A program made the position numbers and the translations under genes. From NCBI GenBank assembly GCA_964270895.1, contig OZ185436.1: 64,000 bases of DNA. One strand, written 5' to 3'. The DNA comes from Podarcis filfolensis. Taxonomy: Eukaryota. The number at the start of each line of letters is the position of its first letter. Positions within the stretch are counted from its first letter, which is position 1. A model generated the notes under the pieces. That model was not told the DNA's origin, made no database searches, and was given only the letters and a program-made list of their open reading frames with translations. Shown here in pieces: positions 14,093 through 26,876 of the stretch.

Positions 14093-15677
14093 ATCTACAC
14101 TACAGAGTGAAACTGCTTTAAGCCAGTTTAGCTGTCATGGTACTGATTTCCTTCCAGTGAAGTCTGATAATTGCCGTTTATTTGATAATTATTTTGGAAT
14201 CTATTCTGGAGGTATGTGTGCCAGAATGAGATGTGGTATTCTGGATGCTCTTGTTTCTATACAAATGTGTTAACCACTTCTAGACATCACTTTTTCAAGA
14301 TTGGTAGATGGAGAACAAGAAGGCACACTGGGAGAGACCTTAGGCCAGGGGTGCGAGCAATCAGTGGCTCACCAAACTCTTCGGGTGCTTGGGAGGCATT
14401 TAAATTTATTAGAATGCTTGTTTAACTGGGGCTGGCTGGAAAACTGGGCTGGTGACAATTACATGCCATACTTTTCAATGAGCTCAGTTATATTACCATA
14501 AATTCCTATGATTTCCAGACCATGACAACTATACTGAAAGGCCTTAATAACATCTAAAGCAGGCATACAGAATTGAGAAGTGGGGATCTCCCATGTAGGG
14601 GTTTGCAAAGGGGATCCCCGAGTCTTGGTGTGGCTTATTACACAACCATAACTTGTGGTTGCCACTGATCATTCCATTCAGGGTGGTTCTCCTCACTTGC
14701 CACCTTCCTTCAGAAGCCTAGCAAGAAGGGAGAGAAGTTGCTCCAACTTTTGTCCCTTGAGTTGTCCTTGGAAGAAGGAAGGGTACTGCTTCTCTCATGC
14801 TGGGCTTTTGCAGGAAGCACCAGTAGCACCTCACTACTGCTACCTCCTGCAAAACCCCAGCAGGAATAGGATCTTTGTTCTGGGCATGTAGTATAGGGCG
14901 AGGGGGCATGTCCTCTCATGAGTGGACTTATAGAACCCTGGTTAGAAATACATAATGACCTGGGATTCAAAGAGCTGCTTTAGGCATGCCCTAAGGCCTG
15001 AGCCATGCATGCCTAATAGGAGTTTTGATTCCTCCCTAACCTCCACCATAACCCTAACCCTAACCTCCACCTCCACTAGGCAATAGACCACAATACAAAG
15101 CATAGCCTTTGCTTGGAGAATCAATTTCTTTTGACCTGCTTGTGCTAACATTGAAGAGAGTCCCATGGGTCCTCATTTGAGCCTTGGATAAGGCCTATGG
15201 AAACTGGCCTCATTCTCTGCATCTTGAGTTGCACTTGACAGATGTTCTGTCCCACTGGCAGATTGTCCTTTTGGAAAAAACACACACAGCTAATATGTCA
15301 GCATGATAGTCTTAGGCAGGGATGTGAGTGTGCATCCTAGCGATTTGCTGGTTGCCATGGCTGTGATCAGTCACCAGCTATTGAGTTCTTGTCTTAACTG
15401 GCCTGTGCTGTTGTCAGCACATACCCCAGTGCGATTACAAAGCTGCAGGAGCAATGTAATGCATCCTGAGATGGGCATCACATGGCTCCCATTTCAGTTC
15501 ATATATCTAAAGTTGGGGGGAAGTGTTGCTGTTGACAGATGGCAATAATCATTAGGCTTTCCCAATTTAATTAGGAATGTTCAGCAGTGGGTGGGAATTG
15601 TAAATTATACGAGGAGAAGAGCTTCGTTATGGGAAGAAGGTAGGGTGTGAGCTGCTTTCTGCAATTAAAAGAGCAAG

Positions 15678-16053
15678 GAATCATAGAATTGTAGAGTTGG
15701 GAGGGACCTGAAGGGTCATCTCGTCCAACCCCCTGCAATGCAGGAATCTCAGATAAAGCATCCATGACAGACGGCCATCCAATCTCTGCTTAAAAGCCTC
15801 CAGTGAAGGAGAGTCCACAGCCTTATGAGGGAGACCATTCCAATGTTGAACATCTCTTACTGTCAGAAAGTTCTTCCTGATGTTTAGTCGAAATCTCCTT
15901 TCATGTAACTTGAAGCCATTGGTTCGAGTCCTACATTTCAGAGCAGGAGAAAATAAGCTTGCTCCATCTACCCTGTGACAGCCCCTCAGATATTTGAAGA
16001 TGGTTATCATATCTCCTCTCAGTGTCCTTTTTCCCCAGACTAAACATTCCCAG
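15678..16053 (-). mobile_element. 5'-truncated CR1 LINE 3' end
   Basis: ORF 15681-16061 gives CR1 ORF2 C-terminus (LRGDMITIFKYLRGCH...[13 protein letters not shown]); ATCATAGAAT tail at left end. Confidence 0.9.
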
Positions 16054-16702
16054 CTAAACATAATCCTCCCAAATGAAGCACCTATGATGAGCTCTTATAT
16101 TCTGAAGAACAAAGGAAAGTAATCTTCGTATTTTGACTTTGTGTGCCATTCATAGTTATTACTCTGAAAACATCTGAAATGTTCTCTGAATAAATATGTA
16201 TTCATAAGCTGTACCTTTCTGAGAACATCAGACACTTTAGCCTATGGCTAAAAATATGGAGGAAAATGGCTCAACTGCAAAGCTCACATTTGTGCACAGT
16301 GTGATTAGTTCTAAACTGGTAATCTGTTTAGCTTTTTCTTCCTCAGTTTGTGCATAGGAGACAATTTAGCCCTTATAATATCTGACTATATTATTTATAA
16401 AAATATTTGCTTTCTGCTATTCATAAAAAATATCAGTGTTCTGAATCAATGCTTAGACGTTCTCTGCACTGTCACTGGCTTGAGAAGAGGAGTCCAGAAA
16501 TTCCATTCACTGCATATCTTCAGTGTATATTAACATTTATTGACAAAGAGTACGTTTTCCTGGGCCTTTGGCTAATTAAGCAATTTATGGCCTTTTAAAC
16601 TGTGTGGGGTTATTGTTTTTGTTTGTTGTTATGATATTGTGGTATGTATGTTTGTGTTTTTATATTGTAAACCTCCCTGTGATATTCGGATGAAGGTGTA
16701 GA

Positions 16703-16744
<42 letters not shown>
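16703..16744. repeat. (AAT)14 microsatellite, probably the tail of an old L2-like retroelement ending at 16702
   Basis: Repeat read directly. Preceding TTGTAAACCTCCCTGTGAT...GATGAAGG resembles the tail at about 40280-40345. Confidence 0.85.
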
Positions 16745-18471
16745 TTGGTGTTATGATTATTTGTGGCAATAGATACATACAAGGATTACAGTTTGTGAGA
16801 AGCATTGACTTCTCAGTGCCAAAGGCAGCCCCACATATCACAATGACATTAATCCAGTTTGGAGGTGACCAGCACATGTATCAATGTGGCCTGACTGTCT
16901 GTAACCTGGGAAATGCCACAACTGATGAACCAAATTAAACTGCTAAAAGGTGTTCAGGGCCACATTTGCCCTTATTGGCAATGTTGGATCAAGGAAAACC
17001 CCTAAGCTATATACTTGCTTCTTTAGAGGGAGTGTAACCTCACCTGGAGCAGGTAATAGACCAAATTTCCTGGACCCAGGGACTGTCAATCCATAGTTCT
17101 GTCATCTGGTCAAGATTCGGCTTCAGTTTATTGGCCCCCATCCAAGCCATTACTAGGTGCAGACACCAGTTCTGCATCTCTACAGCCTTGAGAGTAGATC
17201 TTGAACCGAGTGCTCAGGGTTAATTGGTTCTAAAAGGGTGCTCTAGAATTACTGGATAGTGAGGTCTACTCAGGGGGCAGGATGGGGCAGGGTTTCATTT
17301 AGTACATAAATGTCAAATGAAGAGCTTGTTTTAACTTGCTTAACATGCTGGGTTGGGGGAGTGAAGCTTATAGAACTTTGAGAAATGGGAAATTCCAGTT
17401 TCAGGGGAAATCAGGAAAAGCAGAATACATCGATGTAAATGTTGGTAGTCGGGGACCTTCAGCCTCTTTCTACTCTTATAATTAGGCTTTTAAAGCTAGT
17501 CAGCTTCCAGCATTGTAACATATAGTCTCTGTGCATGGGCTGTTCCTCCTGATAAGGACGAGGGTGCCCTTTTTGTCCTGGGGTGATCCTGTGATCAGAG
17601 AAGCTTAGTTTCTCTCCTGGTGCTGGGGATTAACAAATGTTTGCAAAAACCTTTGAAGATTCAAAGTGTTCAGAACACTAATTAATTACAATCTCATTGC
17701 ATTAATCTGGCATTTGGTAGTTCTCCTTTGCCTCACACCTGGTGAAATTAATAACTCCCTTTGTAGACATGTCAGATGCACAATTCAGTCAAAGAGCAAC
17801 TTGGTAGAGCAGGACTGATCCGTTATATGGATTTGTCTGTCTGGGCGACTAAGTGCTGTTAATGTGGGTCAGCTATCACTTAACTCTGGTGCCGCATGTG
17901 ATGGCTAATCAATAGAGTATCACTAACAGGGGTCTATACAGTAGCAGATGACATGGTGGTGCTCACATAACCTTGTTTGTGTCACTGTTCCTTACTAAGA
18001 GGTAGAGGGAAAGGAGAAGGCAGTGGCAAGGTTGGCACGGTTCAAACTCAGAGTTATCTGGTACTCCTGCCTGGTGCATTTGCACCATGCCTACCTCACT
18101 GTCACCTCACCCCTCCATCTCCCAGTAAGCAGCCGTGACACAGCCAAATGGAGGTCAGGTAAGTGCTGCTACCCCATGGTCCACTACTGGGTCTGTATGA
18201 GGAGCCGCAGTGTAAATTGCCCTGTACTGCTAAATTGACATACCAGCCACTGATTATAAATGGGGTTTGGTGCAGCCAGACGCCTTTTGCTTATAAGGTA
18301 TTAACAGAAGAGCTGGTTCAGAACCTGCCTTTTCTAACTGTACATCCTGGGCATGAGAGAGACTGGCTATCTGACTGGAGTGCAGATTGTGCTGCCATGC
18401 TGCCATTCAGCTGGCAGGTTTTGTCTTTCCCCCATAAGTTTGACAGAAATGCAGGAATTGCAAGAGTGACT

Positions 18472-19240
18472 CATAGAATCATAGAATCATAGAATCATAG
18501 AATCATAGAATCATAGAGTTGGAAGAGACCACAAGGGCCATCGAGTCCAACCCCCTGCCAGGCAGGAAACACCATCAGAGCACTCCTGACATATGGTTGT
18601 CAAGCCTCTGCTTAAAGACCTCCAAAGAAGGAGACTCCACCACACTCCTTGGCAGCAAATTCCACTGTCGAACAGCTCTTACTGTCAGGAAGTTCTTCCT
18701 AATGTTTAGGTGGAATCTTCTTTCTTGTAGTTTGGAACCATTGCTCCGTCCGCTTCTCTGGAGCAGCAGAAAACAACCTTTCTCCCTCCTCTATGTGACA
18801 TCCTTTTATATATTTGAACATGGCTATCATATCACCCCTTAACCTCCTCTTCTCCAGGCTAAACATGCCCAGCTCCCTTAGCCGTTCCTCATAAGGCATC
18901 GTTTCCAGGCCTTTGACCATTTTGGTTGCCCTCCTCTGGACATGTTCCAGTTTGTCAGTGTCCTTCTTGAACTGTGGTGCCCAGAACTGGACACAGTACT
19001 CCAGGTGAGGTCTGACCAGAGCAGAATACAGTGGCACTATTACTTCCCTTGATCTAGATGCTATACTCCTATTGATGCAGCCCAGAATTGCATTGGCTTT
19101 TTTAGCTGCTGCGTCACACTGTTGGCTCATGTCAAATTTGTGGTCAACCAAGACTCCTAGATCCTTTTCACATGTACTGCTCTCAAGCCAGGTGTCACCC
19201 ATCTTGTATTTGTGCCTCTCATTTTTTTTGCCCAAGTGCA
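18472..19240 (-). mobile_element. Relatively young 5'-truncated CR1 LINE with (CATAGAAT)5 tail
   Basis: ORF 18699-19265 encodes CR1 RT C-terminal region (EKDLGVLVD...[15 protein letters not shown]...[11 protein letters not shown]); 8-bp tandem tail 18472-18511. Confidence 0.95.
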
Positions 19241-19560
19241 AAAAAAATTGGCCAAAAATTGGCAAAAAAAATTGGCCAAAAATTGACTCTTGGCCAAAGG
19301 CATAGGGTGGTATTCAAAGTAGTGCTGAAGCGATTGCTCCATTAGTGCAAGCACTTCAGCTTCCCTGGTGTAACGGATCTCCCCCTCTTCTCCTTCTGTG
19401 CCCTGTTCTGGGGGTCTCCCAACTGCCCTGCCAAGCCAATTTATGGGGGGCATGGGTGGAGGAGAGTGGGGGCAGTCCCCATTGCTCTAGCAGGACTCAT
19501 TGTGCTAGCACCTGCTAGAGCAACTAGTTGATTAATATTGTGTTTTAATTGTTGTAACAT

Positions 19561-19567
19561 TTATTAC

Positions 19568-19603
<36 letters not shown>

Positions 19604-19616
19604 TACTACTATTATT
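19561..19616. repeat. Imperfect (TAT/TAC)n microsatellite
   Basis: Read directly. Confidence 0.9.
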
Positions 19617-20622
19617 TGGTTGTTTCTGGTCCATGATGTCACTGTCCAATTTCCATAGTCTGATTCATGTCCTTGGCTGAAGTAGAGTTATTTCCTCTTC
19701 TGTTGTGGCTTACTAAATATGGAGCATTAGTAGAAAATGGAACCATCAGCTCTCATTCTTTAGGAATAATCTCTCTACAAAACAACCACTTTTGTGCTGA
19801 GTAGAGGTGGGGGCCGGGGCAGAATGACTCAACAACTTCTTGCTTTCTCTTGGTAAAACGTAAGTGTTTTATGCTGACCCATTAGCTTGATGTATAGGCA
19901 GTTTAGAAACACCAAACTTGGCAGCAGTGTGAGTTCTCGATTGCTGTTGTGTTTGCTAAGAGACGGCATAGTCCATTCCCAAGGGACATTCATTAAGCTT
20001 TCAAAGTCCTGTGTGTCAGAGAAGCTGGATTTTTACTAAGCAACCCCAATTTTTAATGATGGATTTCTGTGTTTTTAAGCCTCTTGAACTCTGAAAAATT
20101 GTCTCTTAAGTGCAGCTGCTGTTAACGAGGCTACCTAGGTGGTTGTAGCAAAACAGCTGATTTTATTGATGCAAAGGTTTCTTTCAATCTGCCAAGCTTG
20201 GCTATTTCACTCCATGTTATGTGGTTTTCTTCGGATGCCCTTATATTGCTTTCTTCTGCTCCTTGCTTGCTTCCCCCTGGCTTAATTTTGGCCACTGTAA
20301 GAACAGCAGCCTAAAGGGAAAATTTAAGCTAAACTGTGGAGAGCTTGGTGGCAGACATTTGTGTACTGTGCTGTTTTATCCAAAGGGCTCAGAGCAGGTG
20401 ATGGTATGTGCTTAATTTTGTATTGTCACAGGGTGAGTTCACACATTTAGCACTGTGGTTAATGATAAGACAAAGGTGCCCTCCTGTGGTGAAAGAAGGG
20501 TATAAACCAGGGGTTTCAGGGACTAAAAAAATTGTGATTTTACCACATGGGGCGCTTTTATACACACCTTAAGAAGAATGGTGCGTAATGAATATGTAAG
20601 TTAATTTTGGACTATTAGGGAT

Positions 20623-20805
20623 GGTAAAAGGTAAAGGTAAAGGACCCCTGGACGGTTAAGTCCAGTGAAAGGCAACTATGGGGTGTGGCACTCATCTCGC
20701 TTCAGGTCCAGATGGCTGATGTTTGTCCATAGACAGCTTTCCGGGTCATGCGGCCAACATGACTAAACTGCTTCTGGCACAACGGGACATTATGACGAGT
20801 GCCAC
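20623..20805 (-). mobile_element. Sauria-type SINE, 3' part
   Basis: (GGTAAA)n on +, i.e. (ACCTTT)n tail on -, followed by GGACCCCTGG...GGGTCATGCGGCCAACATGAC...CTTCTGGCAC, matching recalled Sauria SINE body. Confidence 0.8.
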
Positions 20806-21029
20806 CTAGGTACTCATTGTTGTAAATGTCCGCTACTGCTCTCCATGGAGCAAATGAGGCAGCATTGGGGCTCTCCTCTTAAAATGTGAGGTTAGCTTAA
20901 CATCTGTTCCAGAAAAAAAGGAAAGCATTGTTAAAGACAGAGTAATCAAGCATATACCAGAAGTAAGTCTTGCTGAAGCAGAACCGGTGTGGTTTCTGCA
21001 AGTGTAAGTTTTCTCTCATTTGCCTGTTA

Positions 21030-22212
21030 GAGTTTTTTGAGAGTATCAACAAGCAATTAGATAGAAGTGATCCATTTGACATTATGTATTTGGGCTTTCA
21101 AAAAACTTTTGACAAAGTATCTCACTAAAGACTTCTGAGTAAGCTTAGAAGTCATGGAATAAGAGGAGAGGTTCTTTTGTGGATGAGGTTAAGAAAAAGG
21201 AAGCAGAGAGTAGGAATAAATGTAAAGTTCTACCAATGGAAGGTAGTAGAAAGTAGAGTCCCCCCCAAAAATGGTTTTGGGATGTGCTAGTTTAACTTGT
21301 TCATGGATGATCTAGAGCAGGGTTTCCCAAACTTGGATCTCCAGCTGTTTTTGGACTACATTTCCCATCATCCCTGACCACTGGTCCTGCTAGCTAGGGA
21401 TGATGGGAGTTGCAGTCCAGCAACAGCTGGAGACACAAGTTTGGGAAACCGTGATCTAGAGTTGGGGTTGAATAGTGACGTTGTCAAGTTTGCTGATACC
21501 ACATTTTTCAGGGTGGTTAAAACCAAATGGGATTGTGAGAAGCTCCAGAAAGATCCATCTAAACTGGGTAGTAAAATGGCAGTGAAGTGAATGGGCAGTA
21601 AAATGGCAGCGGTAGTGGTAGTCACTAGTGGACTGACCAGGAGTAAGACCTGGGCTCATAGCGGTTAACTCTGATGAAGACAGCATGGTAGCAGTCATTA
21701 GCAAAGGGATTGAAAATAAAACTGCCAATATCATAATATCATTATCCAGATCTGCGATGTGATTACACTTAAAATACTGTGTATAGTTCTGGTTGCCTCA
21801 CCTCAAAAGGATACTGTAGAGCTGGAAAAAGTTCAGAAAAGGGCAAGCAAAATGACCAAGAGGGTGGAATAGCTCCTGTGTGAGGAAAGGTCCAACATTT
21901 GGGGCTTTTTAGTTTAGACAGGAGACAAGTAAGAGGTGACCTGATAGAGGTGTTATAAAATTATGCATTGTTTGGAGAAAGTGAAGAGAGAGAGAGGGTT
22001 TTGTCCCTCATAATAGTATCCCTCCAATTCAGGCCATCCAATGAAGCTAAATGTTGGAAGACTCAGGATAGACAAAAGAAAGCGCTTATTCACTTCTCAC
22101 AGTGCCGAGTTGCACACAATAGCTAGTGATTGCTATCAAGAGTAAGGAGAGGATGTTGGACTAGATAGGCCTAGCCTGATCCAGCAGGGATGTCCATATG
22201 TTTATGTTCTTA
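21030..22212 (+). mobile_element. Old, degenerate CR1 LINE fragment (RT region to 3' tail), interrupted by a MITE
   Basis: Decayed RT motifs (ttcaaaaaacttttgacaaag; ggatgatctagag|...gtcaagtttgctgat; gtatagttctggttgcctcacctcaaaaggat); tail GGACTAGAT...CCTGATCCAGCAGG...TATGTTCTTA. Confidence 0.85.
21318..21453. mobile_element. Palindromic hAT-Charlie-type MITE nested in CR1
   Basis: TIRs CAGGGTTTCCCAAACTT / AAGTTTGGGAAACCGTG; perfect 8-bp TSD ATCTAGAG (21310-21317, 21454-21461). Confidence 0.92.
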
Positions 22213-22944
22213 GTAGGTCAAAGCTGGGAAGGTTTAGCAACACCCTTTTCTGGTCAGAAGGCATCAAAGGCATTGAGATTGGGTGTCTGTAGGCAATGCA
22301 CAGATGGTGGAATGCACTCATAGATGCACTTATGCTTTCATTTGCCTTTTTAGATTGAAAACAAACCTCATTGCTGGGTGTCTTAAATTGAAGATTAATT
22401 CAGATGGGAATGAAGCATGTGCTTTCAGAAACTTTGGGTTGCTTTTAATGATGAGGGAAACTGCTCTGGAAAGCGAAAAATAACCAGTCATTAACAAAAA
22501 CAGAAACTTTTGCCTCCAAACCACGCTTTGCTGGGGCAGGGGGTTACATGCCCTTACTAAGGCTCATTCACATGGTGCCAAACTGGGTTCTAGCATGATC
22601 TCTGAACTTTGCCTCTGAGTAATTGGCCATCTTCTTAGCTATGAGATTGTTTTCCCATTGAAGAAATGTGTAGAAGCGAGCATGTGGATAGTATTTCATG
22701 CTTTCTCATGCTTTTTTAATGGGTGTAGAGTGGGCACAGTCACTTAGAATGGAACTGTTCTTCTACTTCCCAGTTGGTATGTGGCTCGAAGGCCACTTTG
22801 TGGAGAAACAGGGGTTTTGACTTGTTTGCAGATGTCCGGTTCTTCCTAGTGGACATAAGATAGTCTGTCCTACCTTCTTCATTCTGTAGGAATGCAAGAA
22901 ACTGCCTTATGCTACTTCAGAATATTCCATGTAGCTGTGTGCAC

Positions 22945-23320
22945 CAGGGCTATAGATCGTCCGATTCAGAGGCCAAATAATGACCCTCCAGACCTCTCTA
23001 ATGAGGCTTTGAGACCCTACCCAGCACATACCCCTTCCACAGATCACACATCACATCAGCCCTGCTCCACACCCTCCTCACATGCTTTTGCTTGTTCCTG
23101 AACTGACGTAGTGCCTTTTGGATGGCGGGATGGAGAGATGCGTTCATGGGAGTGTGTAAAGAAACTTCTAACTGTCTGTAGCCTACTGTACAAAGGTAGG
23201 GCTCACGCCTGTTGCTCACCCCACTTTTGCCTTTGGCACACCCACCAATGGCATTAGGCACCCATAAGGTTGTCCATGACGGAATGTGGTCCTTGGGCTC
23301 AGAAAAGGTCATGACCCCTG
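22945..23320. mobile_element. Old non-autonomous hAT element
   Basis: CAGGG...CCCCTG ends; flanks gtgtgcac/gtctacac (6/8 TSD match). Confidence 0.5.
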
Positions 23321-26300
23321 GTCTACACAGACTGATATGCATCTCTCCATCAAGGCATGCAGGAGTCTTTCCTGGCCCTCACTGGAAATGCCAGTGGTTG
23401 AACTTGAGCCCTTTGGCATGCACAACATGTGTTCCACCTCTGAGCTGAGTGAGGCCCTTCACTTGTTGCTCTCTGTCTAAATTAGGGAGTTGGATAATAC
23501 AGGAACACCATGGGATGTCTATATCTCTACCACGTCCTTTTACTCATCTTCTCTATGCTTAGTTGTGTGTTCAGTTATTATATTGCATTGTGGTGAAGGT
23601 CTTTGGGGTCAGGCACAATCTGGGCTTGGGAGAAAGGTGTACTTATACTGTATATTATATAGTGCCTTCCAATCCAATCCAAGGCAGCTTTGAACCATTC
23701 AAATCTCATCACAACCAGTGGACATTCAAAAACTAGAAGCTAGATCTACAGCTGCTATGAATTAAAACGCACTATAAGTCTGACAGAATAGAATCTTAAC
23801 GGTTCATGCAAAAGACATCAAAGAAGGAGCCAGTCTAACTTCCTTAGGAATGAGTTCAACAATGGGAGTTCCATTACTGAAAAGACACAGTCATGTGCCT
23901 CTACCAATCATCTCTCTTGCTGACGGAATGTGAGCAGGGCCTGAGAACATTGGCCATAATTCACAGGCAGATTTTAATGCAGGATGATGTTGTGATTGAA
24001 GGAGAATTCTGTCCATAGTTAGGAGAAGGGGCAGTCCCAGAGAGCAGACTGATTTTTTTGTAAAGTGCTGGTAATTGGAAATTCATGACTGTACTCTTTA
24101 AGAGATTCTGAAATTTAACTGATCCCCTGGTCTACTGTAGAGCAGTGAGGAATACTGTAGAATGACATGAAAATTATTGAAGAATTTTATGCACTTTATT
24201 GTAGTATCTGCACAGTTTATTTCCTTTAACTAGAAGTAATGATAGCTAGCTAGATATAGACAGACAGAATAACTAATTTCCATTTTATTGCATGTATCAC
24301 GATGACTTCCCCCCCTCTTTCTTTCTTTGCTAAGGAGCACTTCAGTGGACAAAAACTGTAGCCTTTTTTATTCTCAGTTTGAGAATATCTATGAGAGCAG
24401 CCATGGGAGTAAGTAATATGAGCACCACTCCTCCTCTGCCTTTTTTTCTTGTGGGATTAGCTTCTCAGTAGCTAAGGCTGCAATCCTATGTAGACTTACC
24501 TGGGAGTGAGTAGTACTAAACTCAAGGGGGCTTACTTGAATAGACACATACTAGGCTGCACCTTAAGATTTCTGCCCTGAAGCTCAGTATGTCTGTTGTG
24601 ATTTGTTAGTCAGAAGCAGCAAATGCATTCCTACATCCTTTCCTGCTGGATAAAAGATAAATTGTAAAAATTGTTGTTGTTTTTTGGTAGTCTATCCCAT
24701 TTCATCCCAAGGTTTGGGTTATGTAGCAGTAATTTTATGATACATGAACAGATTAGAACGCATAAAAACTCTCAACCACACATTTCTTAGCCTCCAAAAT
24801 TGGATAAATAGGATTTTTAAAAAATGCTGCTGCTTTGATCTCTTGTTACTTATTTTTGTATCTTAACTACTTCAATGCCTATCCATTTACAAATTGATTT
24901 TTAAATATGGATTTTTTAAAGGAGTTAAATGGTGTTTGACATGTGCACATATGAAAAGAAGCAAATGTTGCTTAATTCAGTTTTGATTTGTGTCAAGTGA
25001 CTTACTAGCTTTTTCTTGGCAAAGAACTGGGGGGAGTAGGGCTGTGATACAGAACGCTGCTGTCTCTGACAGTTGCTTGGTGTGCTACTCTTCCCAGGCT
25101 CAAGTTGACTCTGTCCACAGACAGCATAGTAGGAGCATCTCAACAGCATAGAACATCTCAAGTTCTGGAAATCATGGCTTGACATCTCCTGCTGCTTTCC
25201 CCATATTCTGCTTTGACCCTGGTGTGCAGAACCACAGCATAAAAATATGGCCAAACTAAAGATCCACATCTCTCTACGTTTTGAATATCAGGAATCCTGC
25301 TTCAGGATTGTCAGTGGCTATGTATGCTTCGCAAGATGCAAGCAATAAATGTTAATAGAATAAACAATCTTGGTTATTTTTCTTAGCTTCTGGTTTAGAA
25401 ACACCCCGACCCAGATGATCTTGGAAGATATTAATATCTTCCCTGGATTTTTCTAGCCTCACGTCAACAACATTTGTGGCTGTCCAGAATACAAGTTTGT
25501 GAGAACCTCTGGCAGTGCATAGTTTGCTCTGTAATGTTCATGTTGGTGTGTGCCAACTTATCTAGCCCAGTTTTCTGTTCCGTCTTCAGGCTGTACTTTG
25601 GGCTGCAGTATAGCTAGCCTGTAATGAAATAATGTAGTATAGTAACTACTAGCCATGGGGAGAAGGGATTAAGGCCAAATGTAGTTTGATATACTCCTGG
25701 AAGAGTATCTTTGCAAGGTAAAACAGTGTCTGAATGTGTGCAAAGTAAGCAAGCCAAAGTATTAGAAGGGAGAAACCACTCTATTCTATCTTCTTTTGCT
25801 CCAAAGAGATGGCCCATTTGTGGGGGGGATCCTTGGTTTTTTGTTTTTTTTGCACCAAGCCTTGCAGAAATTAGTTTTAATGGAATTTCATATGTTTTCT
25901 TCCTTCCTCAGTCTTGACCCCCCCACATACACATACATGTAAATATTTGTTTGTGTATGTTGTGTCAAATTCTTGCCCACAGACTTAGAATTTTGTGTTG
26001 CATTTCTTTCTTTGCACCTTCCAGCCTCATTTACTGTGCCAAAATTAAATTGTGTTGTAATTTGGTTTTAACATCAGAGACATCTGTAATATTTAGAGTG
26101 CCTGGGTTTAGACTGGTATTTGAGCTCCTTTTGTGTTAAAAGAACTAGAACTTTGTATATGGAGCTTTACCTGGCCACAGGCAAGGGAGAAGAAGCCTGC
26201 ACTGTCTCACACCGTTGCAGGGCAAAGGCAATTTCAGATGCAGACAACAACATTTTAAAATAAAAGGGCATTTTTATTTAAATGTAACCTGAGAGGAAAT

Positions 26301-26870
26301 CTACCCCCAGGTTACAATTATTATCATTACATGGATTAAAGTACTACCAAAATAGCTAGATGCTTCGTTCTCCCAAGCACATCTGCCCTTCTCAAGGAGA
26401 AAAAAGGCAGGGAGATGGTTCATTTAAGCGCAGAGCGGAGCGGAGCGGAGCTGGCTTGTTGTAATTACACTAGGTGCATGAATAATCTAATGCATTCCTG
26501 AATTTGATTATTTACAGCAGCTTTTGGGGCAGGGGTGGGTGGGGAGAAACAAAGTTAACTTTTAATGGCTATATTAAGTTATATAAAAAGGTACACTAAC
26601 CAAAGCAGTGTTCTTGTCTATCTAATCCAGTTATCTGAATTGGCCAGCCATAGGTTAATTGTGCATTTAAAAAACATAACACAACATCAGCACTGTGTCT
26701 AGAATAGCATCCTTTTTAACCCTCTGCTGGATCAAACTCCCCTCTGCTGTGATGACAGCAAAATAAATAATTTGCCCTTCTCAAGTCTAACCCAAGGATA
26801 ATTTTCTGGCACCAATTTTTGCTTTCTGTCACAGTGATCCAAAAGCACAGGATGCCCGAGCTATTAGAAT

Positions 26871-26876
26871 TTTATT
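26871..26876 (-). terminator. AMIGO3: Candidate AMIGO3 poly(A) signal AATAAA
   Basis: TTTATT on +, about 890 nt past the stop; a second at 26273-26278. Usage unverified. Confidence 0.4.

Noticed and set aside
16629-16877. Poly-Tyr, poly-Ile, VC-repeat and poly-Thr ORFs (also 34660, 45423, 59948)
   Set aside because: Translations of microsatellites.
18472-18516. CRISPR-like or novel tandem array (CATAGAAT)n
   Set aside because: No spacers; it is the standard 8-bp tail of the adjacent CR1.
18699-19265. 188-aa ORF as a host gene
   Set aside because: It is CR1 ORF2 C-terminus, 5'-truncated and frameshifted; its apparent N-terminus comes from junction filler.
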